Below, piece by piece: positions 35,801 through 48,557 of a stretch of DNA of 64,000 nucleotides. Every line of letters starts with the position of its first letter. The first letter of the stretch is position 1. Below the pieces are notes generated by a model. The model was not told where the DNA came from, made no database searches, and saw only the letters and a list, made by a program, of their open reading frames with translations. A program made the position numbers and the translations under genes. Origin of the DNA: Macrostomum lignano (lineage: Eukaryota); NCBI GenBank assembly GCA_002269645.1, contig NIVC01002033.1, positions 1 through 64,000 of the forward strand, written 5' to 3'.

Positions 35801-36353
35801 CGGGTAATTCGTGCGAATCCTGCAGGGAAACATAGTGTTATCCTGTTTGTTATCTTGTTTGTTATCCTGTCTGACAAACAGGATTCGCTGTCCAGGTAAC
35901 AGTCTGGTAATTCTTGCGAATCCTGCAGGGAAACATCGTGTTATCCTGTTTGTTATCTTGTTTGTTATCCTGTCTGACAAACAGGATTCGCTGTCCAGGT
36001 AACAGTCGGGTAATCCATGCGAAAAAAATCCGGAAGGCATTGACATCAAATTTCGCCGTTAAGAAGCGTATAAAAAGTTGGTGCTTCGAGATGTTGTGAG
36101 TAGCATCTATTTAACAGCGGGGTGTTATTTGTAAGCGCCTTATAGAAACTACAGGGTAGCTCAACAGGAACGGAAACTTCTGGAGAACAGCGTGGCATCC
36201 GTCTGAGTTGCGGGAATCCAGTTATAAGTAGACCTACTTATACTGTGGATACCAATTGATACTACAGAATAGGTGATCTGGTGCGATCTGGTGCTGAGTC
36301 GCAGGTCGGACCTGCTGTACTCGGACGCGAATCTGACGGCAGTTGAGGCGTGA
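23852..36353 (+). CDS. LMN: Lamin-type intermediate filament protein (about 657 aa). Exons 23852-24034, 28684-29072, 30562-30847, 32044-32331, 32889-33320, 34913-35110, 35288-35404, and 36273-36353 (last exon tentative)
   Basis: SHSPLAISREQEKEELAHLN..YIEFVR (CDK1 site plus coil 1A), ELENRVQT..E, EYNNLLTSKLALDQEILAYRQLLDEE (IF consensus), a KRR NLS-like motif, and a lamin tail domain (GQFVRLRNTS..IGGWTL..FKFP..VWSSDAGVAHNPP). All splice phases are consistent. Confidence 0.9.
24185..28590. repeat. 4.4-kb intronic satellite, 32-bp unit (ggctcccctgaagctccttcctgtgggtatca) with a 42-bp variant
   Basis: More than 120 tandem units filling lamin intron 1; the variant carries a 10-bp insert. Confidence 0.98.
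29258..29515. mobile_element. Hairpin/MITE-like element with about 90-bp imperfect inverted arms
   Basis: gaattgcccgccgaggtttgcccgcaatgctttttt... is mirrored by ...aaaaaagcattgcgggcaaacctcggcgggcaattc. No clear TSD. Confidence 0.7.
29690..30475. repeat. Intronic minisatellite, 30-bp unit (cctagatcaccttcgccgaaacctctttcg)
   Basis: About 26 copies in lamin intron 2. Confidence 0.97.
30920..31690. repeat. Intronic minisatellite, 14-bp unit (agatctcagctatc)
   Basis: Tandem array in lamin intron 3. Confidence 0.95.
33843..34073 (-). mobile_element. Tc1/IS630-like transposase N-terminal HTH fragment
   Basis: YMRISSVDRSRLV...LAIEQDIKRTTASDIIRRY...G..RGG matches the paired-like HTH plus RGG linker of Tc1-family transposases; truncated. 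Confidence 0.6.
34230..34510. repeat. Intronic minisatellite, 21-bp unit (aagaatcacaatccccattct)
   Basis: About 13 copies in lamin intron 5. Confidence 0.95.
34666..34835 (+). repeat. Second copy of the interspersed repeat at 2885-3045
   Basis: Shared terminal blocks and internal motifs with the 2885-3045 copy. Confidence 0.55.
35775..36010. repeat. 103-bp unit, about 2.3 tandem copies
   Basis: aggattc(a/g)ctgtccaggtaacagtc recurs at 35777, 35880 and 35983. Confidence 0.9.
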
Positions 36354-39300
36354 GCCAGACATTTAAAAGATCGGGTCGCGCGCGCGGACGGCGATTAATG
36401 AGACCACTGACACCGGCGCAATGGAACGACTCTGCATTATAAAGTTAAATTAAATGGCGATGGAAGGCAGTTTCTCAAAAAAATACACAGTTATAAGGAA
36501 GCAGTAATAACACATTCGATCTTCTAGCTCTAACAGACAGCGATGGTTTCTTCGACAGGCATTGCCAGATTGCACGACTGTTCACTAGTAATATCAGCTG
36601 CGTCGATAGAATTGTCATTCGTAGCATAGTCGTCATCCGGAAACAATTGACTTTCGTTGATCGGCTGCTCGTAGACCGGAGACGAAGTGAATGGCGTATT
36701 ATCTTATGCACCGGCTCGCGCGGCGATGGCTTCATCGTGCAGTTGCGTCCACGAAATGCCGACTGCGCTGGAAACTCTTATCTGATTGTCTTCGCAATCC
36801 CGTGTGCCAACGGTAATATCCAACCGACTTGGCGTTGCAGATGTACCAATATCGAACTCCTGTTCGTTAAGGCACAAATGTGGCCGACCGTACAGAACTC
36901 CGACAGCTTCGTGCACAATTCGATGCCGATGTCGCCGACGGCGGATCTCCAAACAGGTGTATTCTATATGGACTCCGCAAACGCATACTTTGCGTCGTCG
37001 GTACTCAGTCGCAGTGTGCTTAGTGGACCAACCGTGCGATTTGAAGCGCCGGACATCTGTAACAGAGAGAAGTGGATGTTGTGCAGCGTGGCCGGAAAAG
37101 AGTCGGACACCAGCGATCGTGAGATGGGAGAAAGGATTGAAAGGCCGTTGGGCATTTGTTTTTATAAAATAACTTAGCACGATTCAGCATATACAACTAA
37201 CTTAACTCCGCACCCCGGCACAAGCCGGTTGGGGTAGACTGCAAAATCTCTAGCAAATCAAAACGGGCTGTGCAATAGAACTCAAGGCGGCGTACAAACG
37301 CGTATAGTGTTGTATGATTTGTAGCAGAGATGTTCAAATCTTTTTCCAAATTTAATACGTTACTATGTAGAGGCACACAAATTTATGGTAACAAGACGGT
37401 AAATATTAAATGACGTTCAGTACATTTCATTTTTTTCGTGCTAAAAATGCTCGACAATGAAGATATTGAAAACTGTTTGGAAAAAGGCTGGAAAAAGTGT
37501 ATGTAGTATAAATGATACTTTTGAATATTAATAGTAACATTAAAGCATGTGGAGTGTGGACATTGTAGACGATACTGACGTGCGTGCTGCACTCGTTGGT
37601 CCATGTTTACGGGGGAATCACGTGCCCGATGGCCCCTCCTGGTACTGTAGGAGGTGAATTCTGGTTCTAAAAGTAGGTTCTAGTTCCCAAAGTATAACAA
37701 AGTCACGCAGTCTTACGTGCCTTGGGGCAAAGGGGATTCCCACATATAAGTAAGACCCCTTACATCGTTGTTTCCGTCAAGGAGTTGTGGCTGGCCTTTC
37801 TAAGTTTAGTCCTACTTCGAATCTTAACTCACATTGAGCGTGAAACAGTAAACGTTAAAACTTAAACAAACAACAAAAAAACTAAAATAAGCACACAATA
37901 ATAAATAGCAAAATACCGGACTAACTTTAAAAAGATTAGCGTCCCCTAATAAATTAGCAGATCTGGTATGGGACGAAGCGTGCCAAACAGGACGAAGTAC
38001 TGTGTAAAAAAACAGACAAAAACAGTAAAACAGTTCAGCAGCTCCCTCGATGGCTTCCTCGGCGGTGCCGGCCAGCTGCATCCTCTTTGCGGCGCGCCAT
38101 CTTTTCACACAGCTTCCGATTTTTTGGTCTTCTCCTCGGGAGCCATCCGGCATTTAATGGCAGTCTCGCGGCACTGATAGTGCTGGCGCCGAAATTCCTT
38201 TTCACCTACGTTCACGCCGACCTGCTTGGCGTATGCTATCGCCACAGTTCGCCGTCGTCGCATCGCTGGCCACCTACCTGACCCTTGACGCGGCCCGAGC
38301 AGGTCTCCCGCAAGAATTGGTCCTCGCTGAATAAAGCGCGAAGGACCGCGCGCATAAACGCGCTCTTAGTGGTGGCACATTTTTTTGGCATCTGGCAAAA
38401 ATGTCACCGATCAGTTGATGAATGGCTTTTGTTCGCTGCTTGAGTTCACGCTTGTCATTCGACTCTATCAGTAAAGCCGTCGTCGTTTGACAGGCTAACC
38501 AATGCGTTAGGATTGGCCTCGCGTGGCCGCATTGTAACAATAGCGTCGGCAGCCTGCACAGCACTCATAGTCTGCTTCATTTGCGCCGACTGATCAATGG
38601 ACCAATGACTGTGGGTATAAATACCAACTTCTCGAGGTTCGTCATCGATTAATGCCTGACCAGTTTCGTCTCTGCGTCGACACTATCAGAGCCTCCAATT
38701 GTGCGTCTGGCAACATGTAATGCACTGAGTAATCGTTCACACCGGCGCTCAACCACGCTCATAGTCTGCTGCATCCTGGCGTCTCGACTGGAATCAGAGT
38801 TTCCGTTTTGCGCCATTTGTTCCTCAAGTGATTGCAGTTGAGCGCAAAGTTGATGCACTTGGTTCAACAACTGCGTATTACTTTGCGCCAGGTGTGCCGA
38901 ACGTTTCCTCTCGTCTTCTATATCCTTCTCGAGTGCCCGAATGCGATAGATAGAGTGAGTTCATATAAATCTCGAGGGGCACTTTTTAAAGAATTTAATG
39001 ACCACCTATTAAATACAATGATAATGACATCAAAAACAATAGTTTCTTGATAATCACACTGTCATCATTCGGTGTAGAAAAGGATTGATCGTTGATGTAG
39101 CGATCGTATGAACTCTTGCCTTATTTCGATTTCGGCGTGAATAAACGTTCATACAAAAGTTAAAAAGTTTATAAACAGAGCGGCAACATAAAGTGGAACA
39201 TATATCTCTCAGTAAGGAGCGGTACAGTACTTGACAGTACGAAGACTGCTTAATAAGTTCGTAGAAATTAAAAGTATTAAAATGCAAGCATCAAATGCCG

Positions 39301-42300
39301 AACTGGCAAGTATTTAGTTATTACAATGAAATGAAAGCAAGCAATGCAACAACTTGCAAGTTAACAGAAATACGCACTTACGTAAACTTGCAAACAGCAC
39401 AACGGCAACAAGAGATAGTAGTTATTTCTTTTCAAATGAAGGATATTCAACAGATGGACGCAATGCGACAAGGAAATTTGCACATTTTAAGAGGTGGCAT
39501 CTGCAAGATCTTACAAGGGACAAGCATGAAGGGTGATGAATAGGATATAGAAACGACAAATTAACGAACTGACGAATAGACGAACGATAGACAGAGAAGC
39601 AAAATAGCACGTGTATAAAGGAAAAAATACTCTACTAGGCACTTGGGTACGCGGCTTTGGCGTCGGAAACTCAGGCACGACCAAAACTCTATACTTTGGC
39701 TGGAAGATCTACCGGCCTCCGCACAGACACCGGAGTGGCCACATTTGCCCTGCTAGACTGTTCACTCGCTGCGATACCGTTTTTCTGCATTTATCGTTTC
39801 ACCGATGCAACAGCTTTCCAAAGTAACTCCCAGCACTGTCATCTAGAAACCCCGCGGTCACGGTGGACATCGGCTAATTCTAATTACTTATACTCGTACC
39901 TGCGAATGGAACACGCCTTCGAGTGAACAGGCTAGTAGAACAGAAAAATGCAAAACGGGGAGGGGTATCGGCGAATAACAATGCTAATATCAAAAGCCTA
40001 ACTGGCGAATACAAGTCCGTTCTGACAGTTCCTGTGCACGCCTATTTAGTTGCAACCGATCACAATTCGCAGCTCAATTTATGCAAGGCAGCAACATGCA
40101 CAGAAACTGTCTGACTGAACTATACATAATTAGACGCTTCTTCACAGATCACAAATGAGTTCGTGAACGGGGCATCGCCGTCTCTGTGCATACATTTGGG
40201 AATAAAGTCCTCCGGTAAGGAGCACAGCAACTCTTCCATCGACAGGTTGTCCGTGCTGCACGCGGCATGGGCATACCGAGTGGCCAGAACTCGCGGGACG
40301 TTGACCCGGTCAGGCAGTAGTTCCATGCTGGCGAAAGCGTCTCTGCGACGTGTCGCCTCGTCGCCGGCGCACTTTTTAGTACGACACTGGCCTCGCTAGC
40401 ATCAAAATTAAAATAGTGGCCTTCTATGACAAGCATAACGCTGTAGCATAGTACAATATGAGGCAGACACTTGCGTTGGTTGGGCCCAGCTTTAATCAGT
40501 CTGGCGCAGGCGTCACCAAGCAGTGCGTCAGTTATTCGGCGCCGACCGCCGCCGCTGCTTCCTTGACCGCCAAGTTGCTCATATCCAAAGCCCAGGAACA
40601 TCGCCTGCGATTCCATGCACAGCAGTGCATCGCAATCGGCACTGTCCTGCATACTGTGGTACGCAGGCTTGGACTTTGCAGGTAGTTTTAAATGCTTTCA
40701 GCGTATGCCGTAGCATATATTGGGCCGCGTCAAAGCTAGAACCTCGGTGTGGATGGTCTAGTCATCCACATGAGTCTGATGCAGACCCAATATAAGCAGG
40801 GCCAGACGCCGTGCTTCAAGAGGCGGTTGGCCTCAGACTGCTAGGCATGTTTTGTTGGCGTCCTTCAAGCTCTTTCGCATATTTCTCTGGTCAAATGCTT
40901 GCTGTGGCCGAGGCACGCGTACCATCATTAGAAGCTGCTCGCGCAGCTGCGTGACCGAGCGGTCTAAAGCACTTTTTCGATGGTGGATTGCTTTTTGCAG
41001 TATAATGCAAGGTCTGAAATTGCAGGATACATTTATCGCCGAATTGAACGCACGGTATTGACATTGTAGTACATGTTCTATCTCAGTGAATATTTTTGAA
41101 AACTGTAATTACGAGCTAATGCTAAACATTTGAATTCCGAACTACTTTTGGTACGATTGTTGACCTGATCTAAGAATATATACGAGCTATCCAAATGGCG
41201 TATAAAGCTTCACCGGTATCGAATTCGATCTCGGCAGTTTTATGGACAAAATAAATGATTATGTGCAACTCGATGATGCATCAGGCTATCAGAGATAAAT
41301 AACATAAATAACTGTTTGAAGTTTCTTGCCAAATTTTTATATAGTAAATTCCTATATATTAAAATTGAGTTATCTGTAACTCAGTTATCTGTGCAATATG
41401 CGCTCCGTTACCCTTTGATATTGGCGCTAGTGTACTAAAACTACCAATATTAAAATGATAAGAAAGAAATGAATGCAAAACTTATAAACTGACAAAGCTA
41501 ATATTCATAGTTTTATTTGCGCCAGCTGTACAGGATTTGTAGGAAAGTATCACCAGTTTCGCACCCAAACATGGAAATCGGTGGAGATTCACAAATTATT
41601 TTGTGGTGTTATCTGGTTTAATTTTCTCGCGGCTTAAAAGTAAAATTCAACGCCGCGAGAACAAGCGATTTTAGCTCAAGGCGAGGCCTAAAAAGGCACA
41701 GAACACAACCACCCAGCCCAACGCCGCAAACCCACCCCCACGGGTGGAGCCAAACAACCCCCCCCTAGCCAATCGCAAACGCCGGTTAGCCCACGCCGTA
41801 CAAGCTGGCTGGGCAAACTGGTAAAAGAAAACAACTATTGAACAGAAAACAAAACAGTCTACTAAAATTTACAGCTCACTCTACTGATAGTAAAAATATA
41901 AGTAGAAAACAACTATTAAACAGAAAACGGAAAAATCCTGCTGAAATTTACAACTTACTCGACTGATAATAAAATTTAATTAGAAAACTACTATTAAAAA
42001 TATTCTGCAATTTACAGCTCACTCTACTTATAGTAAAAATGTGAGTGGGTGCGTGAAAAGCAACTATTGAACCGAAGGAATAAATAAAATTACAAAAAAA
42101 TAAACAACTCACCCTATTGATAGTAAAAATATAACTAAAAAGCAACCAAAACCGCGCGGCCCACAGGAAATGGCCTCGCGCCACATGCAGCTGGACCGGA
42201 CTAAGCTGGCCGCCGTTCGCGCTGGCAAACGTATGCGCCGAGGCGGCGCCGAATCTAGCGATCGTTGTAGCGTTATGTGAGACAGCGCTGATGACCTTGA

Positions 42301-43864
42301 ATAAAACTCTTGTAAGACGTTTGATCAATCTTTGGACAAATTTTCTTGTGTTGTATTGTCGTGGCTCTCCCATTTTTTCCATTATCCAACGTTTTTATTA
42401 TTATTCAAATAAACTCCCGAGTGTGCGATATATTTGTCGTATTAAACAATTTCAATTTTTTCTAATTTGATTTGACTTTTTTACCGTGATTCAGCGACGC
42501 CATGTTTGGACAATGCAAGCTTTGTCGTAACTGTTTAGCTAAACACGATAGATTAAAAATTAGTTGTCAATTGTTAAATGACACAAGTTATTCTACAAGT
42601 TTTTTTATAACTGCAAAATTTTCTATCCGTTACAACTGAAATATGCTTTTTTGTTTGTTTGTGTTGTGCGCTAACCGGAGTAAAACAGCTTTCTACTTTC
42701 AGTTCAGTAGCAAAGAAGAATAAGTAAGCTATTTTATAAAAATTAAGGCAGCTGAGATAACTTTGATAACTTTAGAAGCCCACAAGCTTGCAGATGTAAA
42801 CAAATTGCTAATTGGTTCATTAGCCAGTCCACTGAAATGTACATGGGCGGGGGTAGTGTGGAAAGGCGCGGTTGGAGAGTTAAAGCGAGGGGTAAGAGCC
42901 AATAAATGAGTCTTGGCTTTAAAAATACAATAAAATGCTTCAGTTTAACTTACTACTGAACTGAAAGTAGTTTACACGAAAATGTGCTGAGTGGCCCACC
43001 TAGTTATTTTAGTATGTGTCGCTAGCTGAAGCTAGGTAAGGTGTTTAACAATTAGCAAGAATCTCTCAATAATAATTAATACCTAATCATTGTTCAGCAC
43101 TTTTCCACGGAATTTGTCTCTGTGTGTTTTTTATCGAGTCAGTTGATAGTCGCATTTTTAATAATCATTTATGCGTAACTCAACTGACAATAAAGGTCAA
43201 GGCTGCAGTGCTTTGTGTAATCTCGCGTGTTCATCCAAGTTAGCTGCTTTTTTAATTTATCCAATTGTGTTTTGCCGGTTTTATTGGTATTATTAGTTAA
43301 TATTTATAGTGTTGATACTATTTATTAGTTAATTAAAAATTTTTAGTCATCAAAATTAATTGTTTTTTGCTTCTAATTGTGTGAGTATTCATAATGTTTA
43401 GTAACTATGTCAATCAAATATTATATAGGACAATATTTTCAGTCATAGAAAAAAGCTAGGCTTCTCTGGCGCCCATTAATATTTTGTGGTTTCCATATTT
43501 TCCGTCAGTCTGCCGCATTCAGCACGATTAGAATGTATGTATTCGAAAAAGCCACTTTAAATAAACCAAACAATTGTTAACTAAATATTTTTGGACGACT
43601 TTTGTGGAGAAAATTGACCTTTGTTTCTCTGTTGTTTTTGATAGAATTCTCAGTTCGTAGCAGAGTTAATGTCCTTTTTAAAGGGTATCTTAGTTGGAAT
43701 GTCTTAGTTGAAGTATCTTAGTTGGGGTATCTTAGTTGGGGTATCTTAGTTGGGTAGCTTAGTTGGGTAGCTTAGTTGCTGAATGTATAGAAAACTTCTG
43801 TTTGAAAACTTTAGAAAAATTTTGTGCCCAATAAGTGACCAGTTGGATAGCAAATATGTAATTA

Positions 43865-44205
43865 GGGTGTCTCAGTTGCAGTTGGGTATGTCACTTTGGG
43901 TATCTCAGTTGCAGTTGGGTATGTCACTTTGGGTATCTCAGTTGCAGTTGGGTATGTCACTTTGGGTATCTCAGTTGCAGTTGGGTATGTCACTTTGGGT
44001 ATCTCAGTTGCAGTTGGGTATGTCACTTTGGGTATCTCAGTTGCAGTTGGGTATGTCACTTTGGGTATCTCAGTTGCAGTTGGGTATGTCACTTTGGGTA
44101 TCTCAGTTGCAGTTGGGTATGTCACTTTGGGTATCTCAGTTGCAGTTGGGTATGTCACTTTGGGTATCTCAGTTGCAGTTGGGTATGTCACTTTGGGTAT
44201 CTCAG
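43865..44205. repeat. Minisatellite, 33-bp unit (ctcagttgcagttgggtatgtcactttgggtat), just upstream of KDELR
   Basis: About 10 essentially identical copies. Confidence 0.97.
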
Positions 44206-44349
44206 TTACGCAGATAAATTAAGGCGTGTTTAATTCAATTCTAAATTAATGTGTTTCAGTATTTTGTCTAGTGGATGCTACTGATAAACTACTGATTAAC
44301 TCGTGACCGTGACTGATTCATTAATAAGTTCGATAATCCAGCGTCAAGC

Positions 44350-44840
44350 ATGAACATATTTCGCCTAATCGGTGACCTCAGCCACCTGGCTGCAATTCTT
44401 CTGCTTCTGCTGAAAATCTGGCGCAGCCGATCCGTGTCCGGAATTTCCGGCAAGTCTCAGCTGCTGTTTGCCGGCGTGTTTCTCACCCGCTATCTGGACC
44501 TGTTCTTCGTCTTCGTGTCGCTCTATAACACCGTGATGAAGCTGGTGTTTATCGCTACCAGCTGCCTCACCTGCTACCTTATTTATCGGCGCTTCCCCGC
44601 CACTCGGGATTCCAATCAGGTTGGCTTATTGGCTTGTGTTTGTGTCTGTCTGTCTGTGTGTCTGTCTGTCTGTGTGTCTGTGTGTCTGTCTGTATGTGTG
44701 TCTGTCTGTCTGTGTGTCTGTCTGTCTGTGTGTCTGTCCGTCTGTCTGTCTGTCTGTGTGTCTGTCTGTGTGTCTGTCTGTCTGTGTGTCTGTCTGTCTG
44801 TCTGTGTGTCTGTCTGTGTGTCTTTCTGTGTGCCTGTCTC

Positions 44841-44871
<31 letters not shown>

Positions 44872-44920
44872 GCCTGTCTGTGTGTCTGTCTGTCTGTCTG
44901 TCTGTGTGTGTGCCTGTCTC

Positions 44921-44963
<43 letters not shown>

Positions 44964-45006
44964 GTCTGTCTGTCTGTCTGTCTTAGTGTCTGTCTGTCTG
45001 TCTGTG

Positions 45007-45037
<31 letters not shown>

Positions 45038-45160
45038 ATTTCTGTGTGTCTGTCTGTCTGTGTGTCTGTCTGTCTGTGTGTCTGTCCGTCTGTCTGTCTG
45101 TCTGTGTGTCTGTCTGTCTGTCTGTGTGTCTGTCTGTGTGTCTTTCTGTGTGCCTGTCTC

Positions 45161-45215
<55 letters not shown>

Positions 45216-45264
45216 GCCTGTCTGTGTGTCTGTCTGTCTGTCTGTCTGTGTGTGTGCCTGTCTC

Positions 45265-45295
<31 letters not shown>

Positions 45296-45824
45296 GACAA
45301 TTTTTGTGTGCCTCCTCCGTCCCGTGCAAGCCATAGTTACACTCCCTCTTTTGTGTTTGTGCATGTATGCCTCTGACTGTCAGCCCCACAATCGTAGTTT
45401 ATTGTTTTTCTTACAATATATCTGCGCAACTGCCCCCCACCCCTGTCCGCCGCAGGACACATTCCGAGCCGAAATTCTGGTCATCGCCTCGGCCGGCCTA
45501 GCCTGCCTAATTAACCACGAGTTCAGTCCGCTAGAGCTGCTATGGACATTCAGCATCTACCTGGAATCCGTGGCCATCCTGCCGCAGCTGTTCCTCATTA
45601 GCAAAACTGGCGAAGCGGAGACCATCACCTCGCACTACCTGTTTGCCCTGGGCTCCTACAGGGCCCTGTACATTCTCAACTGGATCTATCGGCTTGTAGT
45701 TGAAGGCCAATACGACGTAATTGCCATCGCTGCTGGCTGTTTGCAGACCGCTCTGTACGCTGACTTTTTCTATCTGTACGTTACTATAGTACTCAAAGGT
45801 AGAGCGATGTCCTTACCGGCTTAA
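44350..45824 (+). CDS. KDELR: ER lumen protein-retaining (KDEL) receptor, 212 aa. Exons 44350-44619 and 45456-45824
   Basis: [37 protein letters not shown]; DTFR; [16 protein letters not shown]; [16 protein letters not shown]; YADFFYLY. Phase-0 intron. Confidence 0.97.
44640..45297. repeat. (TGTC)n/(TG)n microsatellite in the KDELR intron
   Basis: Directly visible; source of several spurious SVCL/TDRQ ORFs. Confidence 0.97.
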
Positions 45825-46364
45825 ACGGCCGATTTTATTTATATTAATTTAGCTATTTTATATTTTTAGTTGTCTTAGTGAATGTTTTATTTATCATTTT
45901 TTCTGATCTGAGCACGTATATTAACTTATGTAGGTAAGAGGACGTATTAGTATATGATTAATGAGGTCGTAAGGTAGTTTTTAAAGTCTATTTACTTTTT
46001 TGAATAAGCATTTTTAAAAGTCCATGTTCTACTATTGCATCTGTACGTTGTCTATTTATCATTGTCTTAGAGTACAAATTATAATAGTTCAACGTGTTTG
46101 TTTATTATTTACTCTCAATTAGTATTGCAACTGTAAGCACAATCAGTTTTTTGATGGCAAGTCGATCTCTAATTTATAATTTCGTTTTAAGCGCATTGTC
46201 TTTGCCATGCTTAGATTTATCCGATTAATTGTAACTAGATCTGGTAATCTTAAATGCGTAGATCAGTGATTCTCTAAATTTCTTATAGTTCCTCAAGTGT
46301 TTTTTGTGGTTTCTAGGGGATTAGCCATGTGTTTACTCAATTGCTAAGGGGATTCCCCAAAAGT

Positions 46365-46570
46365 ATATTTAGTCGCTAGGGGATTGCCCACAAGTGTACT
46401 CAGTCGCCAAGGGGATTCCCCACAAGTGTACTCAGTCGCCAAGGGGATTCCCCACAAGTGTACTCAGTCGCCAAGGGGATTCCCCACAAGTGTACTCAGT
46501 CGCCAAGGGGATTCCCTACAAGTGTACTCAGTCGCCAAGGGGATTCCGCACAAGTTTACTCAGTCGCTAG
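46365..46570. repeat. Minisatellite, 32-bp unit (gccaaggggattccccacaagtgtactcagtc)
   Basis: About 6 contiguous copies with no spacers. Confidence 0.93.
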
Positions 46571-47779
46571 CGGTTTACTAAGATTGCGTTATGAAATCCA
46601 GATTGTTAATGTCATCCTTTCAGTAAAATATTGTAAAATGGCTTCCGATTCTTTACCTGTTATCTATACCTGTAGTTTTAGGATGTACACAACATATGCC
46701 TATTTATATTGGGTTATTAGTCAGACAACTTGTTGCCATTTTTTGTTGACTTGTTAGCTTTCTTCATTCACATGTTTAACTGTTATTATTTATGCCTTTG
46801 CTCGTTACTACTGTAGTGAAGATAGACATTTGCAGTGTTAGAAATATTTACAAAATTTAAGCACCATTAAGGCTGTTATTTGTTTTATTTATAATTCACT
46901 GCATTTTGTCATTAAAGAAAGTCTTTTGAATTTAATAGCTTTAGTTAATTATATGCACAAATTTGGAATATATTTATTTTGAGTGTGTTTATTAGTGTCT
47001 CAAGTATATATACTTTTTTCTGTTGGTAATTCCGTGCTTCGGCTATGGTGATTTGACAAAACAATTAACAAGGACTACAGCTTTACTATTGCTTTGGTAC
47101 TCAATGTGTGTCAGTTTTGTGTGTTGCGCATTTTTAGCAGTGCTTCGACAATAAAATTAAATAAGAAAAAAAATTAAACTTTTTCTCGGTATACATTACA
47201 TGTATTATCATGATTGATAGTGCTGTTAATTTATTTTCAAATTAATTTCTTGCTTGGGTAGTCAATCAACAGTAGTATATAGTGAGTATATATATGTCGC
47301 TCTTTCAATAGACAACATAGCAAGCTTGGCTGTTCAATGCTAGGCTTGATTTGTCTCTTAGTCAAGTTCTCGGTCAGAAATCTGCGTGTTGTCTATGGCC
47401 CAACCTTTTTTACTATAGGCTTGGAACCTTAGGTGTCAGTTTTCTAACTTCGCATGTTTATTTCTCTCTCGTAACTTTGTTTTTATATTAGGTAGGCTTA
47501 GCCTTAGCCCTAGGAAGTGTGCACTGGGTATATGATGGTAGATTGATTTATATTCAGTGGCTGCACAATGCAAAAACTATTGTTGGCTAAACTAAATTAT
47601 TAATCAGCACTTTCTTCATTTTCTCTAGCCGCACCAGTTTCATTCAGTTGACGCGTGGCTTTATATAGATGTGTGTAAACAGTGGATCCACGTAGTATGA
47701 AAAGTGGAGCTATTTTGAAAGCATTATAAAAATTATTTTCAAACTAAGTACCAACGTATCTGGGAGATTTGATTTAAAA

Positions 47780-48260
47780 ACGTGAGTGAGATTAGATTTA
47801 AGAAACATGGGGTGAGATTAGATTGAGAAACGTGGGTGAGATTAGATTGATAAACGTATGAGTGAGATTATAATCAGAAAACTTTGGATGAGATTAGATT
47901 AAAAAACGTGTGGACGAAATTAGATTGAGAAACATGGTGTGAGATTAGATTGATAAACTTATAGGTGAGATTAGATTGAGAAACGTGTTGGCGAGATTAG
48001 ATTGATAAACTTATGGGTGAGATTAGATTGCGAAACATGTGCGTGAGATTAGATTGAGAAACATGTGCGTGAGATTAGATTGAGAAACATGTGAGTGAGA
48101 TTAGATTGAGAAACATGTGGGTGAAGTTAGATTGAGAAACATGTGGGTGAGATTAGATTGAGAAACATGTGGGTGAAATTAGATTGAGAAACATATACGA
48201 GTGAGATTAGATTGAGAACATGTGGGTGAGATTAGATTAAGAAAAGCGGAAGATTAGATT
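47780..48260. repeat. Minisatellite, about 26-bp unit (gagattagattgagaaacatgtgggt)
   Basis: Degenerate tandem array upstream of WDSUB1. Confidence 0.9.
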
Positions 48261-48557
48261 AGATTTTATAATACACAAAGGGTTGGTATATAGAAAATGG
48301 GATGGTAATATCTGTTGACTCAATTTTGTTAAAATCCAAATGTCGGCACCCAATCATAAACTGACCTATGTGAACAGCCAATGCAATCAAACCCTTTATT
48401 TTGAGAATATACTCGTCGTTATAAGCTTAGGTGAAAGTTTGTATCTATTCCAGAAGCTTGAGAATACCCTGTTAGCCTTTTAAATATTACATGCAAAATG
48501 TGCAGCATTTGCCATCTATGCCCCTATTGCATGCATGGCCTCCGTGATAGTCTAGTT

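Noticed and set aside
43783-44222. Repeat ORFs upstream of KDELR (VSQLQLGMSLW, VTYPTATEIPK)
   Set aside because: A 33-bp minisatellite with identical units, including at silent positions.
44579-45824. Long SVCL/TDRQ ORFs, apparently extending KDELR
   Set aside because: (TGTC)n microsatellite; the intron is 836 nt (not a multiple of 3) and splicing gives the canonical 212-aa receptor.
46365-46570. 32-bp repeat with internal palindrome resembling a CRISPR direct repeat
   Set aside because: Units are contiguous with no unique spacers, there are no cas genes, and the context is eukaryotic.
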